The notes under the pieces: generated by a model
Seen by the model: the letters and a program-made list of their open reading frames with translations, nothing else
Told to the model about the DNA's origin: nothing
The model's database searches: none
Shown here: in pieces, positions 27,448-38,270 of the stretch
How positions within the stretch are numbered: position 1 is the stretch's first letter
How the letters are laid out: each line of letters starts with the position of its first letter
Program-made: the position numbers and the translations under genes
Source: Actinomycetota bacterium
GTDB taxonomy: Bacteria > Actinomycetota > Humimicrobiia > Humimicrobiales > Humimicrobiaceae
Assembly (NCBI GenBank): GCA_023487035.1
Contig: JAMDEN010000014.1
Span: 683-64,682 of the forward strand
Length of the DNA: 64,000 bases
Reading direction: 5' to 3'

Positions 27448-27702
27448 ATGCTGAAAAAACTAAATAAAAAATGAAAATATTTGGATTTTTAATAATTTCA
27501 CTTGCAGCTATCATTTTAATATTGCATTAGTAATCTGTAAAGATTAAGAATATATAATCACACCTTTATGCTTGATAAATGGTTTTTAAAAATAATACTG
27601 AATGATAGATGGTTTTTAACAATATTTTTAACAATACAATAAATAATATATAAAATAATATAGAAATAAAATAATTAATATAATATATGAAAATAAAATA
27701 AT

Positions 27703-30018
27703 ATGGAAAAAGTAACAGTACCAATTAAGGGAATGCATTGCGCAAGCTGTGCTTTAGTGATTGAAAAGACTTTAAAAAAAACTGAGGGTGTCAAAGAAGT
27801 CAAAGTAAATTACGGTACAGAAAAAGCAACAATAGAATTTGATAAAGATAAGGTTTCGCTTTCAAAAATGAGCGATTCTATTAAGCCTTTTGGATATGAG
27901 TTTATTAAAAGCGAATTACCTGAAAAGATTACTCAAAAATTACAAGATAAAAATATTAATGACTCCTTAGCTTGGAAAATAGATCCTGCCAAGCAGCAAA
28001 AACTTTTAGAATTAAGAGACCAAAAAGCAAAAATTCAATTTGTTTTACCTGTAGCTGTAGTTGTTTTTGTATTTATGATGTGGGAAATAGCAGCAAAGAA
28101 TATATCATGGATGCCTTCTTTTTTTATTACACATGAAATTTATTCAACAATTTTACTAATAATATCAACAATAGTTTTATTTTGGATAGGAAAACCATTT
28201 TTAGCAGGCATAGTTAAATTTATAAAGTACAGAGCTGCAAATATGGATACACTTGTTGGAATAGGAACATTTACTGCGTATCTTTATAGTGCATTTATTG
28301 TGTTGTTTCCACAGCTTAGGGTTTCTTTAAGACTTCCTGAAAGTAATTATTTTGATGTAGTAATAATTGTAATCGGATTTGTATCTTTTGGAAAATATCT
28401 TGAAGCAAGATCTAAATTGAAAACTGGAGAGGCAATAGAAAAACTTATGAACCTTCAGGCAAAAACAGCGTTAGTTGAGCGAGATGGTATGGAGATTGAG
28501 GTTCCGGTAGAACAGGTCTTAATAAACGATATTGTAATTGTAAAACCCGGCAGCAAAATACCTGTTGATGGTGAAATAATTGAAGGTAAATCATCAATTG
28601 ATGAGTCTATGGTAACCGGTGAATCTATCCCAGTCGATAAAGAAAAGGGTGATAAAGTAATCGGCGGTACTATAAATAAACAAGGCAGGTTTAAATTTGT
28701 CGCAACAAAGATTGGTTCAGATACACTTCTTGCCAACATAATCAAATGGGTGGAAGAAGCTCAAGGTTCAAGAGCTCCAATACAACGAATAGCAGACAGG
28801 GTATCGGGAATTTTTGTTCCAGTAGTGCTTGGCATTGCAGTAGCTACACTGGTTGTCTGGTTAGCAGCCGGCAGTCAGTTTATGCCTTTTAGTAATGCAT
28901 TAACATATGGATTGCTTAATTTTACAGGTGTTCTTGTTATTGCATGTCCTTGTGCTCTTGGTCTGGCCACTCCAACTGCAATAATCGTGGGAGTCGGTAA
29001 AGGCGCTCAAAATGGTATACTTATTAAAAATGCTGAAAGTTTGGAAAAGCTTCATAAAATAAATACAATTGTAGTGGATAAAACCGGTACAATTACAAAG
29101 GGGAAACCTGAAGTTACAGACATTATTTTAGCTAATCCAGTTAATGACGCAAATCATGTTTTTTCCTTATTTGCTTCACTTGAAAAATATTCTGAACATC
29201 CTCTTGCAGTTGCAGTGGTTGAAAGAGCAAATGAAGAAAATATCGGATTTTTAAAAGTTGATGACTTTGAAATTATAGAAGGTAAAGGCCTTAAAGGTAC
29301 AATTAACGGAGTACAGTATTATGCAGGAAACTTAAGGTTAATGGAAGAACTCAATATCAGTTACGATGCGGAGCTGATTAGCAACCTGGCAAAACAGGGT
29401 AAAACACCTGTGATTTTTGCAAATAATGACGAAGTTATTGCTACTATAGCTATTGCAGATACTATAAAAGATTCCAGCGTTGAGGCAGTGAAACAGCTTC
29501 ATAAACTTGGCATAAAAGTTGTAATGCTTACAGGCGATAATATCAATACTGCAAAATTCATTGCCCAGCAGGTAAAAATAGATATGGTTTTTGCAGAGGT
29601 ACTTCCTCAGGATAAAGCTGATAAGATCAAAGAACTGCAATCACAGGGATTCATTGTAGCAATGGCTGGTGACGGTATTAATGATGCACCTGCTCTTGCT
29701 CAATCTGATGTAGGCATTGCAATGGGCACTGGTACAGATGTTGCCATAGAATCAGCTGATATTACACTGCTGGCCGGTGATATTTTAAAGATCCCGAAAG
29801 CAATAAAGTTATCAAAGCAGACAATGACAGTAGTTAGACAAAATCTGTTCTGGGCATTTATTTACAACATTATTGGCATTCCGCTTGCTGCTGGTGTATT
29901 CTTTCCTTTTTTTGGCTTACTCTTAAACCCGGCATTTGCAGGACTTGCAATGGCTTTAAGCAGTGTGTCTGTGGTTACCAATTCTTTAAGATTAAGGTTT
30001 GCAAGATTAGGAAAATAA
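27703..30018 (+). CDS. copA: copper-translocating P1B-type ATPase
   Basis: 771 aa. N-terminal HMA GMHCASCA. TM CPC motif (IACPCALGLATP). DKTGT phosphorylation site, GDGINDAP, and TGES actuator motif. Confidence 0.9.
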   Translation: MEKVTVPIKGMHCASCALVIEKTLKKTEGVKEVKVNYGTEKATIEFDKDKVSLSKMSDSIKPFGYEFIKSELPEKITQKLQDKNINDSLAWKIDPAKQQKLLELRDQKAKIQFVLPVAVVVFVFMMWEIAAKNISWMPSFFITHEIYSTILLIISTIVLFWIGKPFLAGIVKFIKYRAANMDTLVGIGTFTAYLYSAFIVLFPQLRVSLRLPESNYFDVVIIVIGFVSFGKYLEARSKLKTGEAIEKLMNLQAKTALVERDGMEIEVPVEQVLINDIVIVKPGSKIPVDGEIIEGKSSIDESMVTGESIPVDKEKGDKVIGGTINKQGRFKFVATKIGSDTLLANIIKWVEEAQGSRAPIQRIADRVSGIFVPVVLGIAVATLVVWLAAGSQFMPFSNALTYGLLNFTGVLVIACPCALGLATPTAIIVGVGKGAQNGILIKNAESLEKLHKINTIVVDKTGTITKGKPEVTDIILANPVNDANHVFSLFASLEKYSEHPLAVAVVERANEENIGFLKVDDFEIIEGKGLKGTINGVQYYAGNLRLMEELNISYDAELISNLAKQGKTPVIFANNDEVIATIAIADTIKDSSVEAVKQLHKLGIKVVMLTGDNINTAKFIAQQVKIDMVFAEVLPQDKADKIKELQSQGFIVAMAGDGINDAPALAQSDVGIAMGTGTDVAIESADITLLAGDILKIPKAIKLSKQTMTVVRQNLFWAFIYNIIGIPLAAGVFFPFFGLLLNPAFAGLAMALSSVSVVTNSLRLRFARLGK

Positions 30019-30110
30019 TTTGATAAAAAACCATTATTAAATATCAACAGTATTTTAAATTTTAAGTTTTTAAATTTTAAATAATATTTAAAAGGCAATA
30101 ACAAACAAAT

Positions 30111-30404
30111 ATGAATAAGCAGACAAAAAACGACAATAATAAAAAAAATGATTCTTTGATAAACTTTAAAAAATCAAAAAGCCTTCTTGAGAAGATAATA
30201 AAGATGGTTGAAGACAATGAATACTGTATAGATATTATGCAGCAGAATCTTGCGGTTATAGGAATGCTAAAATCTGCTCATCAGATTCTTATGGAAAATC
30301 ATTTAAGAACCTGTTTTACGACAGCGATGGAATCCAGGCAGGACAAAAGAAAATTTGAGATGATTGAGGAAATACTTAAAGTTACAAAGCTTGCAAATAA
30401 ATAA
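30111..30404 (+). CDS. csoR: CsoR/RcnR-family metal-sensing transcriptional repressor
   Basis: 97 aa. RIEGQ-like helix with C(x)DI..Q..A...L..AH...H......C pattern (CIDIMQQNLAVIGMLKSAHQILMENHLRTC). Located immediately 3' of copA. Asn/Lys-rich N-terminal extension. Confidence 0.7.
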   Translation: MNKQTKNDNNKKNDSLINFKKSKSLLEKIIKMVEDNEYCIDIMQQNLAVIGMLKSAHQILMENHLRTCFTTAMESRQDKRKFEMIEEILKVTKLANK

Positions 30405-30569
30405 AATATAAAATATAAAAATGAATTAAAGAAATAAAAAGGTTTGCAAATAGAAAAATTAAAAAGAACTTTAAGGCTAAAAATTATATATCTTAAAATA
30501 ATATTTTTTAATTTTAATTAATAATAGATATTTTTAATTTTTAATTTTAAATCATTTTATAAAAACAAT

Positions 30570-32519
30570 TTATTCTACAGTAACACTTTTTGCCAGGTTT
30601 CTAGGCTGATCAACATTTCTCCCCAAGTTCTTTGCAATATAATATGCCAGTAATTGCAGCGGGATAATTGTTAAAATACCATACAGCTCCTCAATTGTAG
30701 AAGGAATATAAAAAACATAATTTGAATATTTCTGTATTTCGTCATCTCCCTCTGTTGCAATAGTTAAAATAGTTGCATTTCTGGCCTTTACTTCTTCAAT
30801 ATTACTTAGCATTTTTTCATAAACAAAATCCTTCGGAACAATACCTACAACTGTAGTATTAGTATCAGTTAATGCTATCGGTCCATGTTTCATCTCGCCG
30901 CCAGCATATCCTTCAGCATGTATATATGAAATTTCTTTTAATTTTAAAGCTCCTTCCAGTGCAATCGGAAGACCGGATAATCTTCCTAAAAATAAAAAAG
31001 TTCTGTATTTATACAGATGGTCAGCTATCTTTTTAATTTTATCAGCATCATTTAATATTAACTGTATTTTATTTGGAATAAACTCAAGTTCTTCTATAAT
31101 TTTTGCATATTTTTCCTTATCAATATGGCCTGTTATTTTACCAAAATACAGAGCCATTAAATACATGACAATTATTTGGGCAGTAAAAGTTTTTGTAGCG
31201 CAAACACCAACTTCAGGACCTGCATGAGTATAAATAACAGAATCCGATTCTCTTGCTACAGTGCTTCCCACTACATTTGTAATTGCTACAATTTTTGCTC
31301 CTTTTGATTTGGCTTCTCTGATTGCAGCAAGCGTATCTATTGTTTCTCCTGATTGTGTTATGGCAATAAATAAACAATTTTTCTCAACTATTGGATCTTT
31401 ATATCTGTATTCTGAAGAAACTTCAACTTCAACAGGAATTCGTGCCCATCTCTCAATAAGCTGCTTGCCAAGTAAAGCAGCATGGGAAGAAGTTCCACAA
31501 GCAATAATTTGTATTTTATTTAAATTTTTTATCTGCTCCTCTGTCATATTTAATTCTTCAAACTGCAGATTCCCGTCAATTAGCCTTCCTCTCATTGTTT
31601 CTTTTATGCCGAAAGGTTGCTCAAATATCTCTTTTAGCATGAAATCTTCATATCCTGATTTTTCAGCACTTGTTATAGACCAGTTTACTTTAAATGGATC
31701 TCTCTGTATTAACTTGCCATCTATATCAAAAATTTCAATACTATCTTTTTTAAGTCGAATAGTTTCAAAATCATTAACAATAATAAAATTTCTTGTGTGC
31801 TCCAGTACCGCAGGCATGTCTGATGCAACAAAATTTCCGTCTTTTCCAATACCTATAATAAGAGGGCTTGCAATTCTTGCTGCTACTATCTCGTCCGGGA
31901 AATCTGAATTTAGCGCAACTATCGCTCCTGATCCTTTAATTCTTTTTATGAGTTTTTGCATTGCAAGAAGAAAATCGCCATCTTTATATTCTTCCAGAAG
32001 ATGTGGAAGAACTTCTGTATCTGTTTCTGAAATGAATTTATGCCCTTTTTGAATTAATTCTTCCTTAAGTTCTGCATAGTTTTCAATTATACCATTATGA
32101 ACTACCACTATTTTCCCGATGCAATCAGAGTGAGGATGTGCATTAATTTGAGTTGGTGCACCATGAGTTGCCCATCTCGTGTGGCCTATTCCAATATGAC
32201 TGTCAAAATTCTGACCCTGCAGTAATTCTTCCAGATCTTTTATTTTACCTGCCTGTTTTGCAGTCAAAATTTTAACTGCTGAACTATTTCCCGGTTCATT
32301 ACCAATTAATTCAATTAATTCATCTTTATTTTTATTATTATCTTTATTTTGATTTTTCTCTTTTTCTTTATCCTGTTGTTCTTTATCTATAACTTTTTCA
32401 TTTTGTATTAAAATTGCTATACCAGCAGAATCATATCCACGATATTCAAGCCTTTTAAGACCGTTAATTATAATATCTTTACAATATTTATCTCCAACAT
32501 ATGCAATAATTCCACACAT
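30570..32519 (-). CDS. glmS: glutamine--fructose-6-phosphate aminotransferase (isomerizing)
   Basis: 649 aa. N-terminal MCGIIAY Ntn-glutaminase. Two SIS domains. C-terminal ...NLAKSVTVE. About 25-aa K/N/D/E-rich low-complexity insertion after residue 44. Confidence 0.9.
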   Translation of the reverse strand: MCGIIAYVGDKYCKDIIINGLKRLEYRGYDSAGIAILIQNEKVIDKEQQDKEKEKNQNKDNNKNKDELIELIGNEPGNSSAVKILTAKQAGKIKDLEELLQGQNFDSHIGIGHTRWATHGAPTQINAHPHSDCIGKIVVVHNGIIENYAELKEELIQKGHKFISETDTEVLPHLLEEYKDGDFLLAMQKLIKRIKGSGAIVALNSDFPDEIVAARIASPLIIGIGKDGNFVASDMPAVLEHTRNFIIVNDFETIRLKKDSIEIFDIDGKLIQRDPFKVNWSITSAEKSGYEDFMLKEIFEQPFGIKETMRGRLIDGNLQFEELNMTEEQIKNLNKIQIIACGTSSHAALLGKQLIERWARIPVEVEVSSEYRYKDPIVEKNCLFIAITQSGETIDTLAAIREAKSKGAKIVAITNVVGSTVARESDSVIYTHAGPEVGVCATKTFTAQIIVMYLMALYFGKITGHIDKEKYAKIIEELEFIPNKIQLILNDADKIKKIADHLYKYRTFLFLGRLSGLPIALEGALKLKEISYIHAEGYAGGEMKHGPIALTDTNTTVVGIVPKDFVYEKMLSNIEEVKARNATILTIATEGDDEIQKYSNYVFYIPSTIEELYGILTIIPLQLLAYYIAKNLGRNVDQPRNLAKSVTVE

Positions 32520-32792
32520 TATTACTCCTGTAATTTAAATTTTATAAAATGTAAAAAGCAATTTCAGATAAAGGTAAATATTTCAATAATTAACTCATTA
32601 ATTTGGAAATATTTATAGATATGATACCAGATTTTTCAAAATTCTGAAAAATAATTTAAATATTAAAAATATATAATGATTATAATCTTAAATAAGAATA
32701 TTAAAATTAAAACCAATTAAATCTTAAATTTACTAATTTGAAGATTTGCTTTATAAAAAATAAAACAATTCTTTTTTTAAAATTTTCTTTAA

Positions 32793-33623
32793 TTAATCTT
32801 TTATTAAGATTCCAGAAGTAGTAGAATTTGCGGGGATATTACCTATTTCATTAAAAGCTTGAGTTCTTTTCAAATCTGTAACTAACTTAATTCTATCAGC
32901 TCTATGAAGAGCTACGTAATATTCAATAGGAATATTACCTGTTAAATAGCTCACACTTTCAATAAATAATAATGGCGAACCTTTTTTTATATTTAATAAT
33001 TTTGCTTCTTCATCTTTTGCAATTGTTGCTTCAATAAATTTTCTTCCCCTGTCAATTTTCAAATTATATTTTCCCTCTATGAAACTATATAAAGATTTGT
33101 TAGTTAAATCTTCTTTTAAAAGATCAGGACATAATTTAAATGGTAAATATGTTCTATCTAATACTATAGGCTCATCATTTAATTTTCTTAATCTATAAAT
33201 AGCAATAACATCCTCATCTAATTTTAGATTTAGATTCTCTCCTATCTTTTTTGTAGGTTTAATTTTTTCCTGATATAAAACATCATTTTTTACATTATAG
33301 CCACGAGCCGTCATGTCTTCAAAAAAGCCTCTTAAACTTTGAACTAAATTTTCACTTATTTTTGGCTCAGCAACAAAAGTGCCTTTGGCTTTTTTCTTTA
33401 CAAGATAACCTTCATTTACAAGTTCCTGATAAGCTTGCCTTGTAACGGTTCGACTTATATCAAACAATTCACAAATTTTAATCTCAGGGATTACTTGCTG
33501 GCCCGGTTTCCAATGCCCTGATTCAATTTCCTCGATAATATGTTGCTTCAGTTGAAAATAATAGGGAATTCTGCTATTTTTATCAATTTTAAAATTGCTA
33601 TATAATTCAACATTATCTTTCAT
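32793..33623 (-). CDS. GntR-family (HutC/UTRA subfamily) transcriptional regulator
   Basis: 276 aa. N-terminal wHTH (ISRTVTRQAYQELVNEGYLVKKKAKGTFVA). C-terminal UTRA-like effector domain. Confidence 0.8.
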   Translation of the reverse strand: MKDNVELYSNFKIDKNSRIPYYFQLKQHIIEEIESGHWKPGQQVIPEIKICELFDISRTVTRQAYQELVNEGYLVKKKAKGTFVAEPKISENLVQSLRGFFEDMTARGYNVKNDVLYQEKIKPTKKIGENLNLKLDEDVIAIYRLRKLNDEPIVLDRTYLPFKLCPDLLKEDLTNKSLYSFIEGKYNLKIDRGRKFIEATIAKDEEAKLLNIKKGSPLLFIESVSYLTGNIPIEYYVALHRADRIKLVTDLKRTQAFNEIGNIPANSTTSGILIKD

Positions 33624-33736
33624 AATTAATAAATAAATTAAAATTTTTAATATTATTATTAAAATAATACCATTCTTAATACTGATTTATATATTATACT
33701 CATATAATAATTACAATGCCATCAGATTTTAAAAAT

Positions 33737-35071
33737 CTAAATTCCTGTTATTTGTATATCAAAAACTTTTGATATAATGTTTTCTATTTCAACTAATCTT
33801 TTACCTTCAACAATACAATTATGATGAGAATAAAAAGCATTCATCAATTTATAACCATTTGCAACCTTAACAAGTGCGCCATTTCTACAATCAGTCCCAG
33901 GGTATTGGACATATCTTTCAATAATGCCTTCAACTGCCATAAGTTTTGTTAAAGTTGGATCTAGCTTTGTAAGAGTTATATCTCCTTCAGGCATCCTTGC
34001 ATCAATAGCAGTTGCATTATCATCAACAATAGCAAGTACTTTTGGTTTTAATACCCATGAAGAACAAAATGATTGTGGAACGACACCAAAATACCCGCAA
34101 TGAACAATAAGACTATAATTTTGAGGATCTTTTACTTCAGGAAATTTATCTATTTTTTCATGTTTTAGTGCTGCAAGTCCCATTAAGAATGGATAAATAT
34201 TACTCATCATTGCTGGAGCATCTAAAGATTTATTGATAATATAATTGGTAAGTAAAGAACTTATATCAGCTTCACAAGCCCACATTATTTTCTTTTCTTC
34301 ATACAGCAAATTCCATGCAAGACAAGGGGTTGTATCTGAATAAAAAGATTCATTTAGGCAATTTATTCCGACTCCTTTTATCTCAGAATCTTTTCCAATT
34401 TCTTCTTTTACAGCTATATAAATTTTTATTGCACTGTTCAATGCTCTCTCAGAAACATCTTCAATTTTTATATTCAAATTTTTCAAAATTTTTCTTGCTT
34501 CACTATCAGGAATCTCTTTTGCTTTACTACCTAATTCTTTAAAACTCTTTTTTATTAAGGATATACCAAATTTGTCTTTCACTCGATTTATATATTGGTC
34601 TTCCCACCAATAAAATCTTTTAAATATTTCCGCCTGCATTCCACCAGTCCCAGGATTATCTTGAAATACCAAAAACTTTGTTTTTTCCATTTCTTTTTTT
34701 AATGCAAGACTTTTACAAATTTTTTTTGTAAGTTCTGAATTATATGGTGCAAAAACTTTTATACCTTCTGACTGCATAAATGCAACAATTTCCCAATCCC
34801 ACATATTAACAGTTCCAAAATCAGAAGTGGCTATAATAATAGGAACTTTTATTTTTTTTATCTCATTTATTTGTTTAAAAGCATCACCAAGCAACTGAGG
34901 AAAAATTACCGCATCTACATCTGGGATATTTTTTCCAATAGGGATGGAGTCTTGTATTTCGGCATAATCTACTAAAAGATTTCTTAAATTTTGTAATTGT
35001 TTTTCAAAATCTTCATCTTTGCCTGATTTAAAATATAAAGGAATGAGCTTTGCTTTCATAAATTTCTCCAA
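33737..35071 (-). CDS. putative sugar isomerase (L-arabinose/L-fucose isomerase-like fold)
   Basis: 444 aa. Weak resemblance to AraA/FucI family central and C-terminal regions (acidic and His residues in WACEADISS, IVHCGYFG, FYSHHNC). Assignment tentative. Confidence 0.3.
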   Translation of the reverse strand: MEKFMKAKLIPLYFKSGKDEDFEKQLQNLRNLLVDYAEIQDSIPIGKNIPDVDAVIFPQLLGDAFKQINEIKKIKVPIIIATSDFGTVNMWDWEIVAFMQSEGIKVFAPYNSELTKKICKSLALKKEMEKTKFLVFQDNPGTGGMQAEIFKRFYWWEDQYINRVKDKFGISLIKKSFKELGSKAKEIPDSEARKILKNLNIKIEDVSERALNSAIKIYIAVKEEIGKDSEIKGVGINCLNESFYSDTTPCLAWNLLYEEKKIMWACEADISSLLTNYIINKSLDAPAMMSNIYPFLMGLAALKHEKIDKFPEVKDPQNYSLIVHCGYFGVVPQSFCSSWVLKPKVLAIVDDNATAIDARMPEGDITLTKLDPTLTKLMAVEGIIERYVQYPGTDCRNGALVKVANGYKLMNAFYSHHNCIVEGKRLVEIENIISKVFDIQITGI

Positions 35072-35179
35072 TTTTAATTTTACAAAAATAAATAAACAAA
35101 CTACCTTATAATTTATTATAATAATAAATTATTTTTCTTTATCAATCTATATTAAACTTTAGTAATTTCTAATTAATTT

Positions 35180-36040
35180 TTATCTTAAGTTGTTTGCTAT
35201 ATTTTTTAAAGCTTCTACACTTTTAGCAACAGCTGCATCCTCATCATTATTATAATCAGGGTGAAGATAATCGATCTCAACAGCTAAAAATCCTTCATAT
35301 CCAGCATCTTTTAGTAATTGAGCAAGTTTTTGATTATCTACTAAACCATCTCCAACTGGTGTACATGCAAAGAAATGCCAGCTACTTACAGGTTGTCCTT
35401 TTTGAGGCTTTAAATCTTTAACATGGGTTGCAAAAGTATATTTTGCTAATTTCTCCATACCTTCTATTGGATCTGCAAGTACACGCATAAAATTACCTGT
35501 GTCAAAATTAATGCCAAAGTTAGGTGAGTTTACATTATTTATAATTTGCAGCATTTCATCAGGGTTAAAATCTATATGGTTTTCATCAGCCAATTTAATT
35601 CCATATTTTTCTGCAACTTTTACTGCTTCTGAAAACATCTCTGATAGCTTTTCAATTTGAGGAGTATGAGGTTCAAATCTAAACATAAGGCTGCTTCCGA
35701 CTACTCGCATAACTCTTGCCCCAATTGTTTTAGCATGCTCAATATGTTCAATCATTTCTTCATAAGCTTTTTTATTTTTTCCACCTTCTAATCCATCTGG
35801 ATGACCCCAAGCATAAACTCTATCTAAATTATACTCATCTAACATTCCCTTAATTTCACTCAAATATGAATCATCATATCCGGGTATAAAACAAGATTCC
35901 AAAGATACTCCATCTGCTTTAAGCTCATATGCTCTTTTAATAAAGTCTTCTAATGTCATGCTTTTTGAAGGTTTTTCTTGATCATCATAAACTTCCCCAA
36001 AAAATCTATGATAACAGTAACTGTCAATTCCAACTTTCAT
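35180..36040 (-). CDS. sugar phosphate isomerase/epimerase (xylose-isomerase-like TIM barrel)
   Basis: 286 aa. Pattern typical of AP-endonuclease-2/TIM-barrel family (MKVGIDSY..., ...HxKD..., E...H metal ligands). Confidence 0.55.
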   Translation of the reverse strand: MKVGIDSYCYHRFFGEVYDDQEKPSKSMTLEDFIKRAYELKADGVSLESCFIPGYDDSYLSEIKGMLDEYNLDRVYAWGHPDGLEGGKNKKAYEEMIEHIEHAKTIGARVMRVVGSSLMFRFEPHTPQIEKLSEMFSEAVKVAEKYGIKLADENHIDFNPDEMLQIINNVNSPNFGINFDTGNFMRVLADPIEGMEKLAKYTFATHVKDLKPQKGQPVSSWHFFACTPVGDGLVDNQKLAQLLKDAGYEGFLAVEIDYLHPDYNNDEDAAVAKSVEALKNIANNLR

Positions 36041-36161
36041 AACACCCTCCTTAAAATATTAATATTTTTAAAACTTTAATTTTAAGTAATTTTTAATTAT
36101 TAATATACTTTAAATTTTCAACAATTCTATAAAATTTTATATTGATGTTTAAATAAACAAC

Positions 36162-37367
36162 TTACTCAAATACACAAAACTCTTTCTTACCAGTTTCTGA
36201 TGATTTTATGATTGCATCACTTACAACAGCATTTCTATAACCATCTTCAAAAGTGGCAATATATGGTTCAACAGGCTTATTATTAATTACAGCTTCAGTC
36301 ATATTATAAACAATATGAACAAATGTATTTTCCCAACCAATTATATGTCCATGTGGCCACCATCTATCATAATACGGATGATAAGACTCAGTAACATTCA
36401 CACAATGAAAACCTTGAGTTTCAATAAGTGATTCATTTCTCCAGAAAACCCATAAATTGTTCATATTCTCAAGGTCCCACCAAATACTTCCATTTTCAGC
36501 ATTTATTTCAATCGTATTATAATTTTTTCTTCCAGCACAAAATCTCGATGCTTCAATAGTACCAATTGCACCATTCTCAAATTCAAGAACTGATGCTATT
36601 GCGTCGTCTACTTCTACTTTTTCTTTACTTTTAGTTTGTTCATTGTATCTTTCTTTAATAAATGTCACACTTGTTGCCATAACTGCCTTTATTTCCCCAC
36701 ATAAAAATCTGCCAAGATCAATTATGTGTGAGCCTAAATCACCTAGAGCGCCACTACCACTTTCACTTTTTTTCAACTTCCATATCATTGGAAAATTAGG
36801 ATCCATTATCCATTCTTGAAGATATCTTGCTCTAAAATGATATATTCTTCCCAGTTTTCCATCCATTATTAAATTTTTTATTAAAACAATAGCTGGAACA
36901 GTCCTATAATTAAAACAACAAATATTTTTTACACCAGCTTTTTTTATAAAATCCCGCATCTCTTTAGCTTCTTTAGAATTTCTTGCAAGCGGCTTTTCAC
37001 AAATTATATTTTTCCCTGCTTTTGCCGCTTCAATTGATATTTCAGCATGAAGATAATTCGGAGTTCCTATATCAACTATTTGTATTTTCTCGTCATTTAT
37101 TACATCTTTCCAATTAGTAGTATATTTTTCATATCCATATCTTTTAGCTGATTCTTTTAAAGCTTCTTCATGAACTCCACAAATTGTAACAAGTTTTGGA
37201 ATTGCAGCTGGCGGCCAGAAAATATAAGGCATCTGTTTCCAAGCATTAGAATGAGCTTTACCCATAAAAGCTTGCCCAATCATACCAATACCAACTTCAG
37301 GTATATTTGCTTTAGCTTTTTCTTCGCTTGTCATAGCAACAAATCCAACTTTTCCCCCCTCTGCCAT
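36162..37367 (-). CDS. Gfo/Idh/MocA-family NAD(P)-dependent oxidoreductase
   Basis: 401 aa. N-terminal Rossmann (VGIGMIGQAFMGKAH), EKP motif (ICEKPLA) and C-terminal alpha/beta domain typical of the family. Confidence 0.7.
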   Translation of the reverse strand: MAEGGKVGFVAMTSEEKAKANIPEVGIGMIGQAFMGKAHSNAWKQMPYIFWPPAAIPKLVTICGVHEEALKESAKRYGYEKYTTNWKDVINDEKIQIVDIGTPNYLHAEISIEAAKAGKNIICEKPLARNSKEAKEMRDFIKKAGVKNICCFNYRTVPAIVLIKNLIMDGKLGRIYHFRARYLQEWIMDPNFPMIWKLKKSESGSGALGDLGSHIIDLGRFLCGEIKAVMATSVTFIKERYNEQTKSKEKVEVDDAIASVLEFENGAIGTIEASRFCAGRKNYNTIEINAENGSIWWDLENMNNLWVFWRNESLIETQGFHCVNVTESYHPYYDRWWPHGHIIGWENTFVHIVYNMTEAVINNKPVEPYIATFEDGYRNAVVSDAIIKSSETGKKEFCVFE

Positions 37368-37559
37368 ATTTTACCTCCATTTTTAATAAAAAGTTTTAAA
37401 CATATTTTTATTTATTTATTTTTTGTTTTCTTCTTTTTTCCCTTTTTTATATTTTTTAAATATATCTATAAAATTATTTATATTCTTTATTTAAATTCTA
37501 TTTCTATTTTAAGCTTTTAATATTTGCTTTTATTATTTTTTAGATATGATTAAAGTGTT

Positions 37560-38234
37560 TTAACTGTTTCTAACTTTGCGAATTATTTCTAAAGCTTTTG
37601 CAGCATTAGTTTCAATTAACTTATAATTCTTTTCATTCATAGCTTTTTTACTAACAAGTTGCGATCCCATACCTATGCAAGCTACACCTGCTTTAAACCA
37701 ATTCTTTATATTTTCTTCATCTACAGAAACTCCACCTGTTGGCATTACTTTTGTTTTAGGACATGGTCCAAGCAAAGCTTCTACAAATTTAGGTCCTCCA
37801 ATAGTTGATCCTGGGAATATCTTTACAAGCTCAACCCCAAACTCTTCAGCTTTCAATATCTCATTTACTGTTGCTGCCCCTGGTATATATGGAATTCTTT
37901 TTAAATTACAAAGTCTTGCAATTTCTTCATTAAAATTTGGGCCCACGATAAAATTTGCCCCATAAGCTATAAATAATGCTGCTGTAGGTGCATCAATTAT
38001 TGTTCCTGCACCAATAATAAGTTCTGGGAAAACATCTGGAGCAATATTAATTAAGTAAGAAAATACTTCTAAAGCGCCTTCCCCTCTGTTTGTAAACTCA
38101 AGAACATGGCATCCTCCTTTTACTAGAGCATCAGATATTTTTTTTGCTTCTTCCTTGTCTTTATTATAAAAAAGTGGAATCATGCCATCTTTAAAAATAG
38201 TATTATAAACCGTTAACCTATCAAACCTTGCCAT
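37560..38234 (-). CDS. eda: 2-dehydro-3-deoxy-phosphogluconate / 4-hydroxy-2-oxoglutarate aldolase
   Basis: 224 aa. Aligns with Eda motifs: GGCHVLEFTNRG (GG.RVLEVTLRT), IGAGTII, catalytic-Lys region KIFPGS, PTGGVS, GMGSQLV. Confidence 0.8.
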   Translation of the reverse strand: MARFDRLTVYNTIFKDGMIPLFYNKDKEEAKKISDALVKGGCHVLEFTNRGEGALEVFSYLINIAPDVFPELIIGAGTIIDAPTAALFIAYGANFIVGPNFNEEIARLCNLKRIPYIPGAATVNEILKAEEFGVELVKIFPGSTIGGPKFVEALLGPCPKTKVMPTGGVSVDEENIKNWFKAGVACIGMGSQLVSKKAMNEKNYKLIETNAAKALEIIRKVRNS

Positions 38235-38270
38235 AAAATCACCTCATTAATTTAAATTTTTTAATTTATC

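Noticed and set aside
32520-32792. Possible glmS ribozyme in the glmS 5' leader (minus strand)
   Set aside because: The leader is about 85% A/T with none of the GC-rich conserved cores (e.g. GGCGGG, ACGAGGA) of the glmS ribozyme. It is just an AT-rich promoter region.
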